NCBI GenBank assembly: GCA_964534105.1
Contig: CAZHOF010000001.1
Coordinates: 13,126 to 48,243 of the forward strand
Source: an uncultured Candidatus Saccharibacteria bacterium
Lineage (GTDB): Bacteria > Patescibacteriota > Minisyncoccia > UBA6257 > GWB1-50-10
Length of the DNA stretch: 35,118 nt
Reading direction: 5' to 3'
Program-made: the position numbers and the translations under genes
Notes under the pieces: generated by a model
Databases searched by the model: none
What the model saw: only the letters and a program-made list of their open reading frames with translations
Told to the model about the DNA's origin: nothing
Shown: positions 17,919 through 26,850 of the stretch, one piece after another
How positions within the stretch are numbered: the first letter of the stretch is position 1
Layout: each line of letters starts with the position of its first letter

Positions 17919-18141
17919 GGGCTTTGTCTTCGATGTTCCATCGAAGTAACAAAACCTTACCCCGCCCTCTTATGCATCAATCCATGAAAACAAAAATTAA
18001 AATGAAGACAAAGTCGAATCGCTCCACGCTGCGTGGCCTGCAGCCTGCCCTATCACAGCAAGAGGGCGGGGTGCTCAATATTACGGGTTCTTCAGATTGC
18101 GCTCGTAATAATACGAGCTTATCATCAGAAATAATATTGGC
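17919..18141 (+). other. 223-nt structured spacer (or small basic ORF) between rpsH and rplF
   Basis: Nested and crossing inverted repeats. GGTAAGG/CCTTACC at 17914-17920/17955-17961. CTTCGAT/ATCGAAG hairpin at 17929-17947. CCCCGCCCTCTT (17960-17971) with AAGAGGGCGGGG (18060-18071). CTTTGTCTTC (17922-17931) with GAAGACAAAG (18004-18013). GCTCGTA-ataa-TACGAGC at 18101-18118. An open frame 17912..18145 fills the gap exactly. Confidence 0.5.
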
Positions 18142-18702
18142 ATGAGCAAAATTGGAAAAAAACCGATAACTATTCCCGAAAACGTTTCCGTAACAATGGG
18201 TGATGACGGAATACTCGTAAAAGGAGAGAAGGGACAGCTTCTTGTCCCGGGTCTCCGTGATATTACGGTAGACATAAAAGACGGGGAAATTACTTTCTCG
18301 CCGAAGCGTAATACAAAGCAGGCGCGCAGTAATTGGGGGACAATGCGAGCACTTGTCCAAAACGCGATACAAGGAATCACGGAGGGATTTTCGAAAACGT
18401 TGCTTTTGGAAGGTGTCGGGTATCGTATAACGAAAGAGGGAGAAGATTTAAACATGAATCTTGGTTTTTCTCATTCTGTTCGATACAACACGCCGAAAGG
18501 TATAACATTCGAAGTCGAAAAGAACACAACGCTGATCATCAGGGGAATCGATAAAACGCTTGTTGGTCAGGTTGCCGCGAAAATTCGCGCGTTTCGAAAA
18601 CCCGAACCTTATAAAGGAACGGGCTTCCGGTATGCCGATGAGATAGTGCGGAGAAAAGCCGGAAAGAAAGCAGCGACAGCCGGAGAAGCTGGAGCAAAAT
18701 AA
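18142..18702 (+). CDS. rplF: 50S ribosomal protein L6
   Basis: [35 protein letters not shown]. Confidence 0.96.
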   Translation: MSKIGKKPITIPENVSVTMGDDGILVKGEKGQLLVPGLRDITVDIKDGEITFSPKRNTKQARSNWGTMRALVQNAIQGITEGFSKTLLLEGVGYRITKEGEDLNMNLGFSHSVRYNTPKGITFEVEKNTTLIIRGIDKTLVGQVAAKIRAFRKPEPYKGTGFRYADEIVRRKAGKKAATAGEAGAK

Positions 18703-18710
18703 AAACCTTT

Positions 18711-19064
18711 ATGAAAGTGATAACAAGACAGAACCAAATACGGGAACGAAGAAAAAGGAGAGTTCGCAACCGTGTTCACGGGACAAAAGATCGTCCGCGT
18801 CTTTGCGTGTTTCGAAGTTTGCACGCAACCTCGGTCCAGATAATTGATGACATAAAAGGAAAAACGTTGGTTTCGGCGTCATCTCGGGAAGTAAAACAAA
18901 AAGGGACAAAAACCGAGCTGGCAAAAGCAACGGGAAAACTACTGGCCGAGCGTGCGGAAAAAGCAGGAGTGCATGCAGTAGTGGTTGATCGCGGATCTTA
19001 TCGATATCACGGGAGGGTAAAAGCCCTAGTCGACGCAACACGCGAGTCCGGTTTATCGCTATAA
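18711..19064 (+). CDS. rplR: 50S ribosomal protein L18
   Basis: R.RR..R.R..G...RPRL.VFRS..H...[26 protein letters not shown]. Confidence 0.95.
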   Translation: MKVITRQNQIRERRKRRVRNRVHGTKDRPRLCVFRSLHATSVQIIDDIKGKTLVSASSREVKQKGTKTELAKATGKLLAERAEKAGVHAVVVDRGSYRYHGRVKALVDATRESGLSL

Positions 19065-19074
19065 ATTTATTACT

Positions 19075-19608
19075 ATGCCAAGACCGAGAGGAAGAAGAAT
19101 TTCAGAAGCAGCGAAGCGGAGCGAATTTCAAGATCGCGTTCTTGAGGTACGCCGGGTAACGCGAGTGACCGCAGGGGGAAAACGGTTTAGTTTTCGAGCT
19201 ACGGTTGTAGTAGGGGATCTGCGTGGCCGTGTAGGCGTTGGGACCGGAAAAGGACTTGATGTCGCCGAAGCCATTCGTAAAGGGAAACGACAAGGAGAGA
19301 AAAACATAATACATGTCCCTTTGGTTGAAAAGAGGACGATTCCGTTCGATGTCGAAGCAAAATTTTCCGCGGCAAGAATACGATTAAAACCTGCGCGTCT
19401 AAACCACGGTTTAATCGCCGGAGGAGCGTCGCGTGCGGTATTGGAGCTTGCCGGAGTGAAAGATATCTCCGGGAAAACCTTGGGAAGAACAAAGAATGCG
19501 CTGGCGAACGCGCGGGCAACGATAGTGGCACTGCAAAAATTCTCGGGAATTCCGCTGCGGGGAGACGATGTTAAAAAAGAACCCGAAATAAAGAAAGAAG
19601 CAGAGTAA
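19075..19608 (+). CDS. rpsE: 30S ribosomal protein S5
   Basis: RV.RVT.GGKRF.FRA.VVVGD..G.VG.G.GK, AGGA.RAVLE.AG..D. Confidence 0.96.
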   Translation: MPRPRGRRISEAAKRSEFQDRVLEVRRVTRVTAGGKRFSFRATVVVGDLRGRVGVGTGKGLDVAEAIRKGKRQGEKNIIHVPLVEKRTIPFDVEAKFSAARIRLKPARLNHGLIAGGASRAVLELAGVKDISGKTLGRTKNALANARATIVALQKFSGIPLRGDDVKKEPEIKKEAE

Positions 19609-19609
19609 C

Positions 19610-20041
19610 ATGCAGATACACGAACTAAGACCTAAAAAAAGCGCGCTTACCCGAAAAAAGAAACGAGTGGGACGAGGTGGGAAGCGCGGAGCATATTCAG
19701 GAAAGGGACAAAAGGGTCAGCGCTCCCGGGCAGGACATCGAATTCGGCCTGCGGAACGCGATCTTATTATGCTATTCCCGAAATTGCGGGGAGTTAAGAA
19801 TCGGAGGAAATCTCCGCGCGCTATCGTGATTAACGTTGGTGACTTGGATCGAATTTTTCCAAAGAAGGAAACAATTACGCCGAAAGAGTTAGTTGAAGCC
19901 AAAGTTATAAAAACAGAAAGGATCTCGGTAAAGATTTTAGGAGAGGGCGATGTGAAGCGGGCATTTACCGTTCAAGGAATTGTTCTCTCGGCGATTGCCC
20001 GGGAGAAAATCGAAAAAGCGGGCGGCTCCGTAAAGGAATAG
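19610..20041 (+). CDS. rplO: 50S ribosomal protein L15
   Basis: L.P......KK.RVGRG...G..SG.G.KGQ..R.G. Starts 1 nt after the rpsE stop. Confidence 0.95.
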   Translation: MQIHELRPKKSALTRKKKRVGRGGKRGAYSGKGQKGQRSRAGHRIRPAERDLIMLFPKLRGVKNRRKSPRAIVINVGDLDRIFPKKETITPKELVEAKVIKTERISVKILGEGDVKRAFTVQGIVLSAIAREKIEKAGGSVKE

Positions 20042-20052
20042 CGGAAAATATC

Positions 20053-21324
20053 ATGGTACAAAAAATCCTTCAAGTATTTAAAATTCCTGATTTACGGAAG
20101 AAGGTACTGATGGTATTGTTTCTCCTGCTTGTGTTTCGGGTTTTTGCGGCGATTCCCATTCCGGGGATTGATACGTTGCGGCTTCAGGAATTCTTTTCCT
20201 CAAATAATTTACTGGGCTTTTTAAACATCTTTTCAGGAGGAGGCCTCTCGAACCTGTCATTGGTGATGCTTGGCGTGGCGCCCTACATTACGGCGACCAT
20301 CATCATGCAGCTTCTGACTATCATCTTCCCAAAGCTAAAGCAGTATTATTACGAAGAAGGTGCTGAAGGCCGCGCAAAATTTAACCGTATTTCACGCTAC
20401 CTTACCATTCCTCTTGCAGTGCTACAGGCCTACGGTTTTTTGAATCTCCTCATCTCTCAGCAGGTCCTCGACCCGCTACCGCTTGCTAACATGATAGGCA
20501 ATGTCGTTATCATAACGGCAGGAAGCGTGTTTCTGATGTGGATCGGCGAACTTATCTCGGAATATAAAATCGGAAACGGCATATCGCTTATTATCTTTGC
20601 TGGAATCGTAAGCGGTTTGCCGCGGATCATTTCAGCAAGCGTGCTTAATTATAATCCGAGCATGTTACCCACTTATTTTGTATTTATTGCAGTGAGTATT
20701 GTTGTCATTGCCGGGGTCGTCTTTGTAAATGAAGGAGAGCGGAAAATTCCCGTCGCATACGCGAAACAGGTGAGGGGTAATAAACTGTACGGAGGCGTTT
20801 CTACATATCTTCCGCTGCGCGTGAACCAGGCCGGAGTTATCCCGATCATCTTCGCCATTTCATTACTGCTTTTCCCGCAGTTCATTGCGCAGGCCTCATC
20901 AGTTTTTTCCCGTGATTTGGCATTGCGCCTAAATGAGCTTGTCTCCGGGTTTTTGAGTAATATTTTCATCTACAGCGCACTCTATTTTCTTCTCGTGGTT
21001 GTCTTTACGTATTTTTACACTGCAGTGACATTTGACCCACAGGAAATTTCGAAAAACCTGCAAAGAAGCGGAGGTTTCATTCCGGGGATACGGCCAGGAC
21101 AGACCACCACCGATTACATCGGAAAGATCGTTCACCGCATCACGTTCTTCGGCGCATTATTTCTCGGTGTAGTCGCAATATTACCGAACATCACGCAGAT
21201 TATTACCGGGATTCAGGCGCTCGCTATCGGCGGCACAGCGCTTCTTATCGTAGTTGCCGTGGCACTTGAGGTGATGAAGCAGATCGATTCCCAACTCTCG
21301 ATTCGCGAGTATGAGGGTATCTGA
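20053..21324 (+). CDS. secY: Preprotein translocase subunit SecY
   Basis: 423 aa, 10 TM helices. GI.PYITA.II.QLL, GE.GR.K....TRY.T, NQAGVIP.IFA. Confidence 0.97.
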   Translation: MVQKILQVFKIPDLRKKVLMVLFLLLVFRVFAAIPIPGIDTLRLQEFFSSNNLLGFLNIFSGGGLSNLSLVMLGVAPYITATIIMQLLTIIFPKLKQYYYEEGAEGRAKFNRISRYLTIPLAVLQAYGFLNLLISQQVLDPLPLANMIGNVVIITAGSVFLMWIGELISEYKIGNGISLIIFAGIVSGLPRIISASVLNYNPSMLPTYFVFIAVSIVVIAGVVFVNEGERKIPVAYAKQVRGNKLYGGVSTYLPLRVNQAGVIPIIFAISLLLFPQFIAQASSVFSRDLALRLNELVSGFLSNIFIYSALYFLLVVVFTYFYTAVTFDPQEISKNLQRSGGFIPGIRPGQTTTDYIGKIVHRITFFGALFLGVVAILPNITQIITGIQALAIGGTALLIVVAVALEVMKQIDSQLSIREYEGI

Positions 21325-21347
21325 CCTATAATAGAAGGAATAACGCA

Positions 21348-22022
21348 ATGAATAGAGCAGTCGTAATTTATGGGCCTCCGGGATCGGGGAAAGGAACGCA
21401 GGCAGAGCTTCTTGCTCGAACGCTCGGCCTCATTCATTTTGACACGGGGCGTTTCATGGAAAACGCCGTCCATTCACCGCAAGCGGATAAGGACCCGATT
21501 TTAAAGCGCGAGCGGAAACTTTTTGATTCGGGAAAATTATGTACTCCCACGTGGGCACTCCGCATTACGCGGGAAGCGGTCCGCAATATCGCGCGATCTG
21601 GATCCGGTGTTGTTTTCAGCGGTTCTCCTCGTACGGAATTCGAGGCCTTCGGATCGAAAAGTCAGAAGGGGCTGATACATTTACTGGAAGATTTATACGG
21701 AAAAGAAAATATTACAGTCATTCGATTAAAGGTAAGCGAACGATCCTCGCTGAAAAGAAATAGCAGCCGCCTCATCTGTTCAATCTGCGGATTGCCGATA
21801 TTGGCCCAGTCGAAGCAGAAACAATGCGCATTTTGCGCGGGGCCGATGCAAAAGCGGATATTCGACAACTTAGAACTCATAAAAGTTAGACTAAAGGAAT
21901 ACGAGGATCGGACGTTTCCCATCCTGCGGGGCGTGAAGAAGATGAAAATCCGCATACTGGAGATAAACGGTGAACCACTCCCGTACAAAGTTTTTAGAGA
22001 AATACAAAAGAAATTACGGTAG
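21348..22022 (+). CDS. adk: Adenylate kinase (lid with Cys pairs)
   Basis: GPPGSGKGTQAELL, GKL.P, and a lid CSICG...CAFCAG. Conserved position after secY. Confidence 0.88.
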   Translation: MNRAVVIYGPPGSGKGTQAELLARTLGLIHFDTGRFMENAVHSPQADKDPILKRERKLFDSGKLCTPTWALRITREAVRNIARSGSGVVFSGSPRTEFEAFGSKSQKGLIHLLEDLYGKENITVIRLKVSERSSLKRNSSRLICSICGLPILAQSKQKQCAFCAGPMQKRIFDNLELIKVRLKEYEDRTFPILRGVKKMKIRILEINGEPLPYKVFREIQKKLR

Positions 22023-22033
22023 GGAAGGGAAAA

Positions 22034-22795
22034 ATGATACGTCTAAAGACGAAGGATGATATAGAGCGGTTACGGAAATCGGGAGCCCTGCTTGCGGGCG
22101 TTCTTGAGGAAATAAAACAAAACGCCCTTCCCGGAGTTTCTCTTGCTGATCTGGACCGCATTGCGGAGGAGTATATCAAAAAGGCGGGGGCGAAACCCGC
22201 TTTTCTCGGGTATGTTCCGGAAGGAGCCCAGGAACCGTATCCGGCCTCGTTATGCGCCTCATTGAACGATGTGGTAGTTCACGGTATCCCTTCGGCATAT
22301 ACGCTTCGTGAAGGCGATGTGTTATCCATTGATCTGGGAGTTGATCTTGAAGGGTTTATTACGGATGCTGCAATAACAATAGGCGTTGGAAAGATAGCAA
22401 GGGAACATCAGGAGTTGATAACGACAGCAGAGCGTGCTCTTGAAGCAGCAATTACTGTATGTGTGCCGGGAAATCATCTCGGAGATATCGGTTTTGCAAT
22501 CGAAAATAAAGTAAGGACAGCGGGATTTTCCGTTGTGCGAGGTCTTACGGGTCATGGAGTCGGCTTTAATCTCCATGAGGACCCGGTGGTGTATAACTAC
22601 GGAACGCAGAAAACCGGATTGGAGTTACGGCCCGGACTCGTTTTAGCACTTGAGCCGATGATTAGTACGGGGTCAGGATCAGTCGAGGAGATGAAGGATG
22701 GAAGCTTCAAAACAAAAGACGGGAGTATAACCGCTCATGTTGAACACACGGTTGCGGTTACAAATGAAGGTCCGGTTGTGTTAACGAAGAACTAG
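22034..22795 (+). CDS. map: Methionine aminopeptidase, type I
   Basis: KT..DIE.LR.SG, VVHGIP, D.G.......D.A.T..VG, GHG.G...HE.P, EPM....G, HVEHTV.VT. Confidence 0.95.
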   Translation: MIRLKTKDDIERLRKSGALLAGVLEEIKQNALPGVSLADLDRIAEEYIKKAGAKPAFLGYVPEGAQEPYPASLCASLNDVVVHGIPSAYTLREGDVLSIDLGVDLEGFITDAAITIGVGKIAREHQELITTAERALEAAITVCVPGNHLGDIGFAIENKVRTAGFSVVRGLTGHGVGFNLHEDPVVYNYGTQKTGLELRPGLVLALEPMISTGSGSVEEMKDGSFKTKDGSITAHVEHTVAVTNEGPVVLTKN

Positions 22796-24798
22796 TCCTC
22801 TTGATCCTGAGAAGCTGCTTCTTCGCCAATTTCTTTGGGCTTGCTCCAAGACGCATAGTCGCAATCAGGGTATCTGTTGCAACCATAAAACATGCGGCGC
22901 TTTTTCGTTCTCTTTTTTACAACCTCTCCCTTCTTGCACTTTGGACAGGGACCAAGAGGTTCCTGGGGATTTCCAAGTGATTTCGTACTTTTACATTCAG
23001 GAAAACCGGTACAGGCAAGAAATCTGCCGAAGCGCCCGGTTTTTACAACCATCGGCTTTCCGCATTTCTCGCATACCTCATCGGTTTTCTCTTCCGGAGG
23101 AAGAATGTCATCCTTTGAAACCTCTTCGTATTTCTTTTCCAGATGCTTTGCGAAAGGTTCGTAAAACTTGCGGATTGCCTTGCGCCATTCCAAATTCCCT
23201 TCGGCAATCGCATCCAACTCTTCTTCAAGCCGGGCGGTAAATCCAACATCAACGATTTCAGGAAAGTGTTCTTTGAGAAGGCGATTTACAAGCGTGCCGA
23301 TTTCAGTCGGTTCAAAGCGCCGAGATTCGTTTTTCTGAACATAATTGCGAAGTTGGATAACTGAAATGATTGGGGCATATGTGGAAGGACGCCCGATACC
23401 GAAGGTCTCGAGAGCTTTAATAATACTCGCTTCGTTGTAGCGGGGAGGAGGTTCCGTAAAATGCTGCTCCGGATTTACCGCAATGACCGAAAGGACATCT
23501 CTGCGAGTTATGTTTGGAAGAGTACGCTCCTCGAATTTTTGAGGCCAAACTTTGAGAAAGCCGTCAAACACAAGAGTTGTTCCGTTAGCCCTTAAAAGAT
23601 ATTCGTTTTTCTTGTGTTCCACGGAAACAGAAATGGTGGTTGCACTGAACTGGGCCTGCGGGAGCTGCGAGGCAATAAATCGGCGCCAAATAAGTTCATA
23701 CACCTTGCGTTCGGCGGCTTGGGAAAATTCCTTTCCGAGCGATTCCGGCGTACGCGCAGGATCCGTAGGACGTATGGCCTCATGGGCTTCTTGTGCGAGG
23801 CGGGATTTTACTTTGAAAACCCTCGGTTTTTCGATAAGGTAATCCTTGCCCCATTCGTGTTGAATAAAGCGACGCGCAGCGCTTAAAGATTCCTGCGAAA
23901 GATTGAAGGAATCGGTACGCATATAGGTGATATGACCGTTTTCATACAAGCTTTGGGCCGCGCGCATGGTTTGACGTGCACTCAGGCGAAGCTTTCGGTT
24001 CGCCTCCTGTTGCAGGGTGCTGGTGATAAATGGAGGGAGTGGATTCCGTTTCACTGTTTTTTGCGTTATATCATTTATGGAAACAGAACCGTTCTGGATG
24101 TCGTCAGCGATAATGTTTACCTCTTTTTCGGTCGCAATACCGGGCTTCGGGAGCGATTCCTTATTTATGCTGTGAAGTGCTGCGGTAAAGGATTCCTGCC
24201 CCCCTTCTTTCTGAAAATCGGCGGTAAGCGTCCAATATTCTTCGGGCTTGAAACGTTGTATCTCTTCCTCGCGATCGGCAATAAGGCGGAGCGCAACAGA
24301 TTGTACGCGTCCTGCCGAAAGTCCGCGTACAACTTTTTTCCAAAGGAATGGAGAAAGAAGATAGCCTACCAAACGGTCGAGAATACGGCGGGCTTGTTGG
24401 GCATTTACAAGGCTTATGTTCAGCTGTCGGGGGTGTTCCAAGGCGCTCTGAAGAGCATCCTTCGTAATCTCATGAAAGACGATGCGTTCTGTCTTGTCGG
24501 TTGCAAGATCAAGCGCCTGGGTAAGGTGCCAGGCAATAGCTTCCCCTTCGCGATCTTCGTCAGTAGCGAGGACAACCTCGTCCGCAGAAGCCGCCTTTTT
24601 CTTTAAGGCGGTGACCGTTTTCCGAACTTTTGTGGGAATAACGTATTGGGGAGAAAAATCTTCGTCTACGTCAATGCCGAGCTTGCTCTTTGGAAGGTCG
24701 CGAATATGGCCGTAGGAAGAAGTTACCTCGTAATCACTGCCAAGGAACTTACTGATGGTCTTTGCTTTAGTAGGTGATTCTACAATGACTAGTTTCAT
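22792..24798 (-). CDS. topA: DNA topoisomerase I
   Basis: MKLVIVESPTKAKTISKFLG (TOPRIM), ATDEDREGEAIAWH, HITYMRTDS (active-site Tyr region), and two C-terminal zinc ribbons (CEKCGKPM..C, CPKCKKG..C). Its stop overlaps the map stop by 4 nt (convergent). Confidence 0.97.
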   Translation of the reverse strand: MKLVIVESPTKAKTISKFLGSDYEVTSSYGHIRDLPKSKLGIDVDEDFSPQYVIPTKVRKTVTALKKKAASADEVVLATDEDREGEAIAWHLTQALDLATDKTERIVFHEITKDALQSALEHPRQLNISLVNAQQARRILDRLVGYLLSPFLWKKVVRGLSAGRVQSVALRLIADREEEIQRFKPEEYWTLTADFQKEGGQESFTAALHSINKESLPKPGIATEKEVNIIADDIQNGSVSINDITQKTVKRNPLPPFITSTLQQEANRKLRLSARQTMRAAQSLYENGHITYMRTDSFNLSQESLSAARRFIQHEWGKDYLIEKPRVFKVKSRLAQEAHEAIRPTDPARTPESLGKEFSQAAERKVYELIWRRFIASQLPQAQFSATTISVSVEHKKNEYLLRANGTTLVFDGFLKVWPQKFEERTLPNITRRDVLSVIAVNPEQHFTEPPPRYNEASIIKALETFGIGRPSTYAPIISVIQLRNYVQKNESRRFEPTEIGTLVNRLLKEHFPEIVDVGFTARLEEELDAIAEGNLEWRKAIRKFYEPFAKHLEKKYEEVSKDDILPPEEKTDEVCEKCGKPMVVKTGRFGRFLACTGFPECKSTKSLGNPQEPLGPCPKCKKGEVVKKRTKKRRMFYGCNRYPDCDYASWSKPKEIGEEAASQDQED

Positions 24799-24998
24799 GA
24801 TGATGGCGATGGTTTTTGTCCCGCCACTTTACGAGCGGAGCGAGTATAAAGTGGGCGAGGATCCCGCTTATATCCCGATGCAAATCTTGCAATAGTGTCT
24901 TGACAGAAAGTGGCGGGATCACGTCCATTAACCTCCCGCATGGCGGATTGGGATATGGGCGGGACTTTAGTAGGTGATTCTACAATGACTAGTTTCAT
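24765..24998 (-). repeat. 34-nt perfect direct repeat of the topA start (period exactly 200 nt)
   Basis: 24765-24798 and 24965-24998 are identical (CTTTAGTAGGTGATTCTACAATGACTAGTTTCAT). On the minus strand this is ATG plus the first 11 codons of topA. Confidence 0.95.
24819..24964 (-). mobile_element. 146-nt insertion-like or intron-like element interrupting an upstream duplicate of the topA 5' end
   Basis: In topA sense it starts TCCCGCC and ends GGCGGGA (7-bp complementary termini). The flanks are ..ACTAAAG^ and ^CAAAAACCATC. The native gene reads ..ACTAAAG-CAAAGACCATC. Confidence 0.45.
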
Positions 24999-25019
24999 AT
25001 CAAGTGGATATAACGAAGA

Positions 25020-25922
25020 TTATAATTGACTTTGGATAGAGAAAACACCCCCCGGCTTTTCCTCGACGACTCCCTTCATAATCAATGGGGTGAGTTTTTG
25101 ATTTATAATCCATGGTTCCTTTCCCGTCAATGCGACGAGCTGATCAAGGGTATGTCCGGAACCCGATTCTTGAAGAAGAGAACACAACTCACGCTCTTCC
25201 TGGGAAAGAGACGGAAGGGGAACACGGGAAGGAGATTGGGCATCCGCCATAAAAGAAAACTCTCCCTGCAAATCCTCCATGATATCAGCAAGTGAAGAAA
25301 CAAGACGCGCTCCGGTTCTGATGAGATGGTGTGAGCCGGTGTAATGAGCATGCCCGGCGGGACCCGGAAAAACGAAAACATCACGGCCGTGCTCTGCGGC
25401 AAGACGCGCGGTTACAAGAGCCCCGGAGTGAACAGGAGCTTCAATAACAATGGTAGCGAGAGCGAGTCCGGCAACAATCCGGTTCCGTTCAAGGAAATGA
25501 TGGGGAAGCGCGGGAGTGCTCACGGGATATTCCGAGAGAAGCCCGCCGTTTCGCTCCAGGATCTTTAAAGCAAGACGTTCGTGATAAACCGGATAGATGC
25601 TATCAAGACCGTTTGCAAGCACGGCAAAGGTTGTGCCGCCGCCCTCAAGCGTTCCTTCATGTGCTGCGGCGTCAATACCGAAGGCGAGCCCGCTTACGGA
25701 GCCGAATCCGCGTTCTGCGAGTTCTCGGGCAATGCGCCGTGCGAGTGAAATTCCATCCCGGGTCGCTTTACGCGTGCCGACGATTGCAAAAAGAGCAGGC
25801 GTCGGATCAGGAAGAGATCCTCGATAATAAAGAATCTGCGGGGGAGCTGCAATTTCCTGGAGTGGCGGCGGATAACCGGGAGAATTGATGTGGATTTCGT
25901 TGATAGTCGGCTGAAAATCCAT
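25020..25922 (-). CDS. dprA: DNA processing/protecting protein DprA (Smf)
   Basis: ILYYRGSLP, AIVGTRKAT..G...A, SGLA.GIDAAAHEG.L, T.AVLA.GLD.IYP. Common dprA-topA synteny. Confidence 0.92.
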   Translation of the reverse strand: MDFQPTINEIHINSPGYPPPLQEIAAPPQILYYRGSLPDPTPALFAIVGTRKATRDGISLARRIARELAERGFGSVSGLAFGIDAAAHEGTLEGGGTTFAVLANGLDSIYPVYHERLALKILERNGGLLSEYPVSTPALPHHFLERNRIVAGLALATIVIEAPVHSGALVTARLAAEHGRDVFVFPGPAGHAHYTGSHHLIRTGARLVSSLADIMEDLQGEFSFMADAQSPSRVPLPSLSQEERELCSLLQESGSGHTLDQLVALTGKEPWIINQKLTPLIMKGVVEEKPGGVFSIQSQL

Positions 25923-25953
25923 ATGGTACTATACTATTAGTATATACTAAGGA

Positions 25954-26475
25954 ATGCATTATACACTCACGCGCTTTCAAAAAAAACTCATACTTCATCT
26001 CTCGATAACACTGGGAATTATCGGGGTATTGATGTGGGTTATTATCGCTTCCGGATCGAGTATCGGTAAGGCGAGTACTTCAATAAGAACGTTACAGGGA
26101 GAATTTTCCCGCCGACTCGGCGTTATCCGGGCGCTTGCAGATGCGCGGGCGGGGCATCGAAAGGCGGAACCGGCCCAAAAAACGCTCCAAAATATTATTC
26201 CCCAGAAAGAAAAATTAATCGATCTTTCCCAAAATTTCCGCCGAGTTGCACAAAGGGTTGGACTCGGTTATACCTATTCTTTTATCGAAGAGGTAGCAAC
26301 GGCCCCCGCGGCCCCGGGATTTATCCGGTTTCGCCTTTCTCTCACCGAAGGCGAATTTGAGAAATTTTCCACTTTTTTGAAGGAATTGAAAAATTTTCAA
26401 TACGTAACACGCATCGAGGAAGTTTTGGTAAATTACGATAAGATGGAAGTCGTAGGATCGGTATTTTTCCGATAA
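25954..26475 (+). CDS. Hypothetical membrane-anchored protein (PilO-like architecture; weak call)
   Basis: 173 aa with an N-terminal TM helix (ITLGIIGVLMWVIIA), a helical segment and a C-terminal alpha/beta region. No motif I can name. Confidence 0.5.
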   Translation: MHYTLTRFQKKLILHLSITLGIIGVLMWVIIASGSSIGKASTSIRTLQGEFSRRLGVIRALADARAGHRKAEPAQKTLQNIIPQKEKLIDLSQNFRRVAQRVGLGYTYSFIEEVATAPAAPGFIRFRLSLTEGEFEKFSTFLKELKNFQYVTRIEEVLVNYDKMEVVGSVFFR

Positions 26476-26480
26476 CCATC

Positions 26481-26711
26481 ATGCAAAAAGCACTGGAGAA
26501 AATAAAAGCATTTTTTAAAGAGGACTCCCGGCAGCTCGTTTTTTATGGAATGGCTCTCGTTTTCGCGATTACTACCCTTTGGTTTGTAATCTATGCCGCC
26601 TCTTTTCTCGCTGATAGCTTGGAAACAGTTTTTAACACAGTTCCTGTCACGAGCCAAAACACAACCGCGTTTGACATGGCTGGATTTGAGCAGCTAAACT
26701 TGAACCGATAA
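26481..26711 (+). CDS. Small hypothetical single-pass membrane protein
   Basis: 76 aa with TM helix LVFYGMALVFAITTLWFVIYAASF. Lies 5 nt after the previous gene. Confidence 0.45.
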   Translation: MQKALEKIKAFFKEDSRQLVFYGMALVFAITTLWFVIYAASFLADSLETVFNTVPVTSQNTTAFDMAGFEQLNLNR

Positions 26712-26715
26712 ATTC

Positions 26716-26787
26716 GGGCGTGTAGTTCAGTGGTAGAACGCTGTCCTGATAAGACAGAGGTCGATGGTCCGATTCCATCCACGCCCA
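26716..26787 (+). tRNA. tRNA-Ile(GAT)
   Basis: GGGCGTG-TA-GTTC-AGTGGTA-GAAC-G-CTGTC-CTGATAA-GACAG-AGGTC-GATGG-TCCGATT-CCATC-CACGCCC-A. CCA is not encoded. The T-loop reads TCC where TTC is usual. Confidence 0.9.
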
Positions 26788-26850
26788 CACGAATTTTCTC
26801 CGAGCGGAGCGAGGCAAGGAAATTCAGTGCCCGCCTGAGGCGGGCAACAT

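Noticed and set aside
17919-18141. Hammerhead- or twister-type self-cleaving ribozyme in the rpsH-rplF spacer.
   Set aside because: No CUGAUGA/GAAA hammerhead core is present, and I cannot reconstruct a twister consensus from memory well enough to claim a match.
7385-21988. Numerous 60-240-aa antisense or out-of-frame ORFs across the ribosomal cluster (for example 8557..9108, 9370..9933, 11328..12041, 11890..12444, 13166..13621, 14665..15102).
   Set aside because: All overlap strongly supported conserved genes and translate to low-complexity or Ser/Arg/Phe-rich sequence typical of shadow frames.
24832-24844. The 13-mer CGAGCGGAGCGAG shared between the topA insert (24832-24844) and the tRNA-Ile/GIY-YIG spacer (26801-26813), as evidence of a common element.
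   Set aside because: The 13-mer is low-complexity (a GAGCG repeat). Several 13-mer matches are expected by chance in a 35-kb window, and the flanking sequence does not align.
24795-24998. The 67-aa ORF upstream of topA as a genuine protein gene.
   Set aside because: Its first 11 codons are the duplicated topA start, and the rest is out-of-frame read-through of the 146-nt element. It is more likely a by-product, at most a leader ORF coupled to topA through the ATGA overlap.
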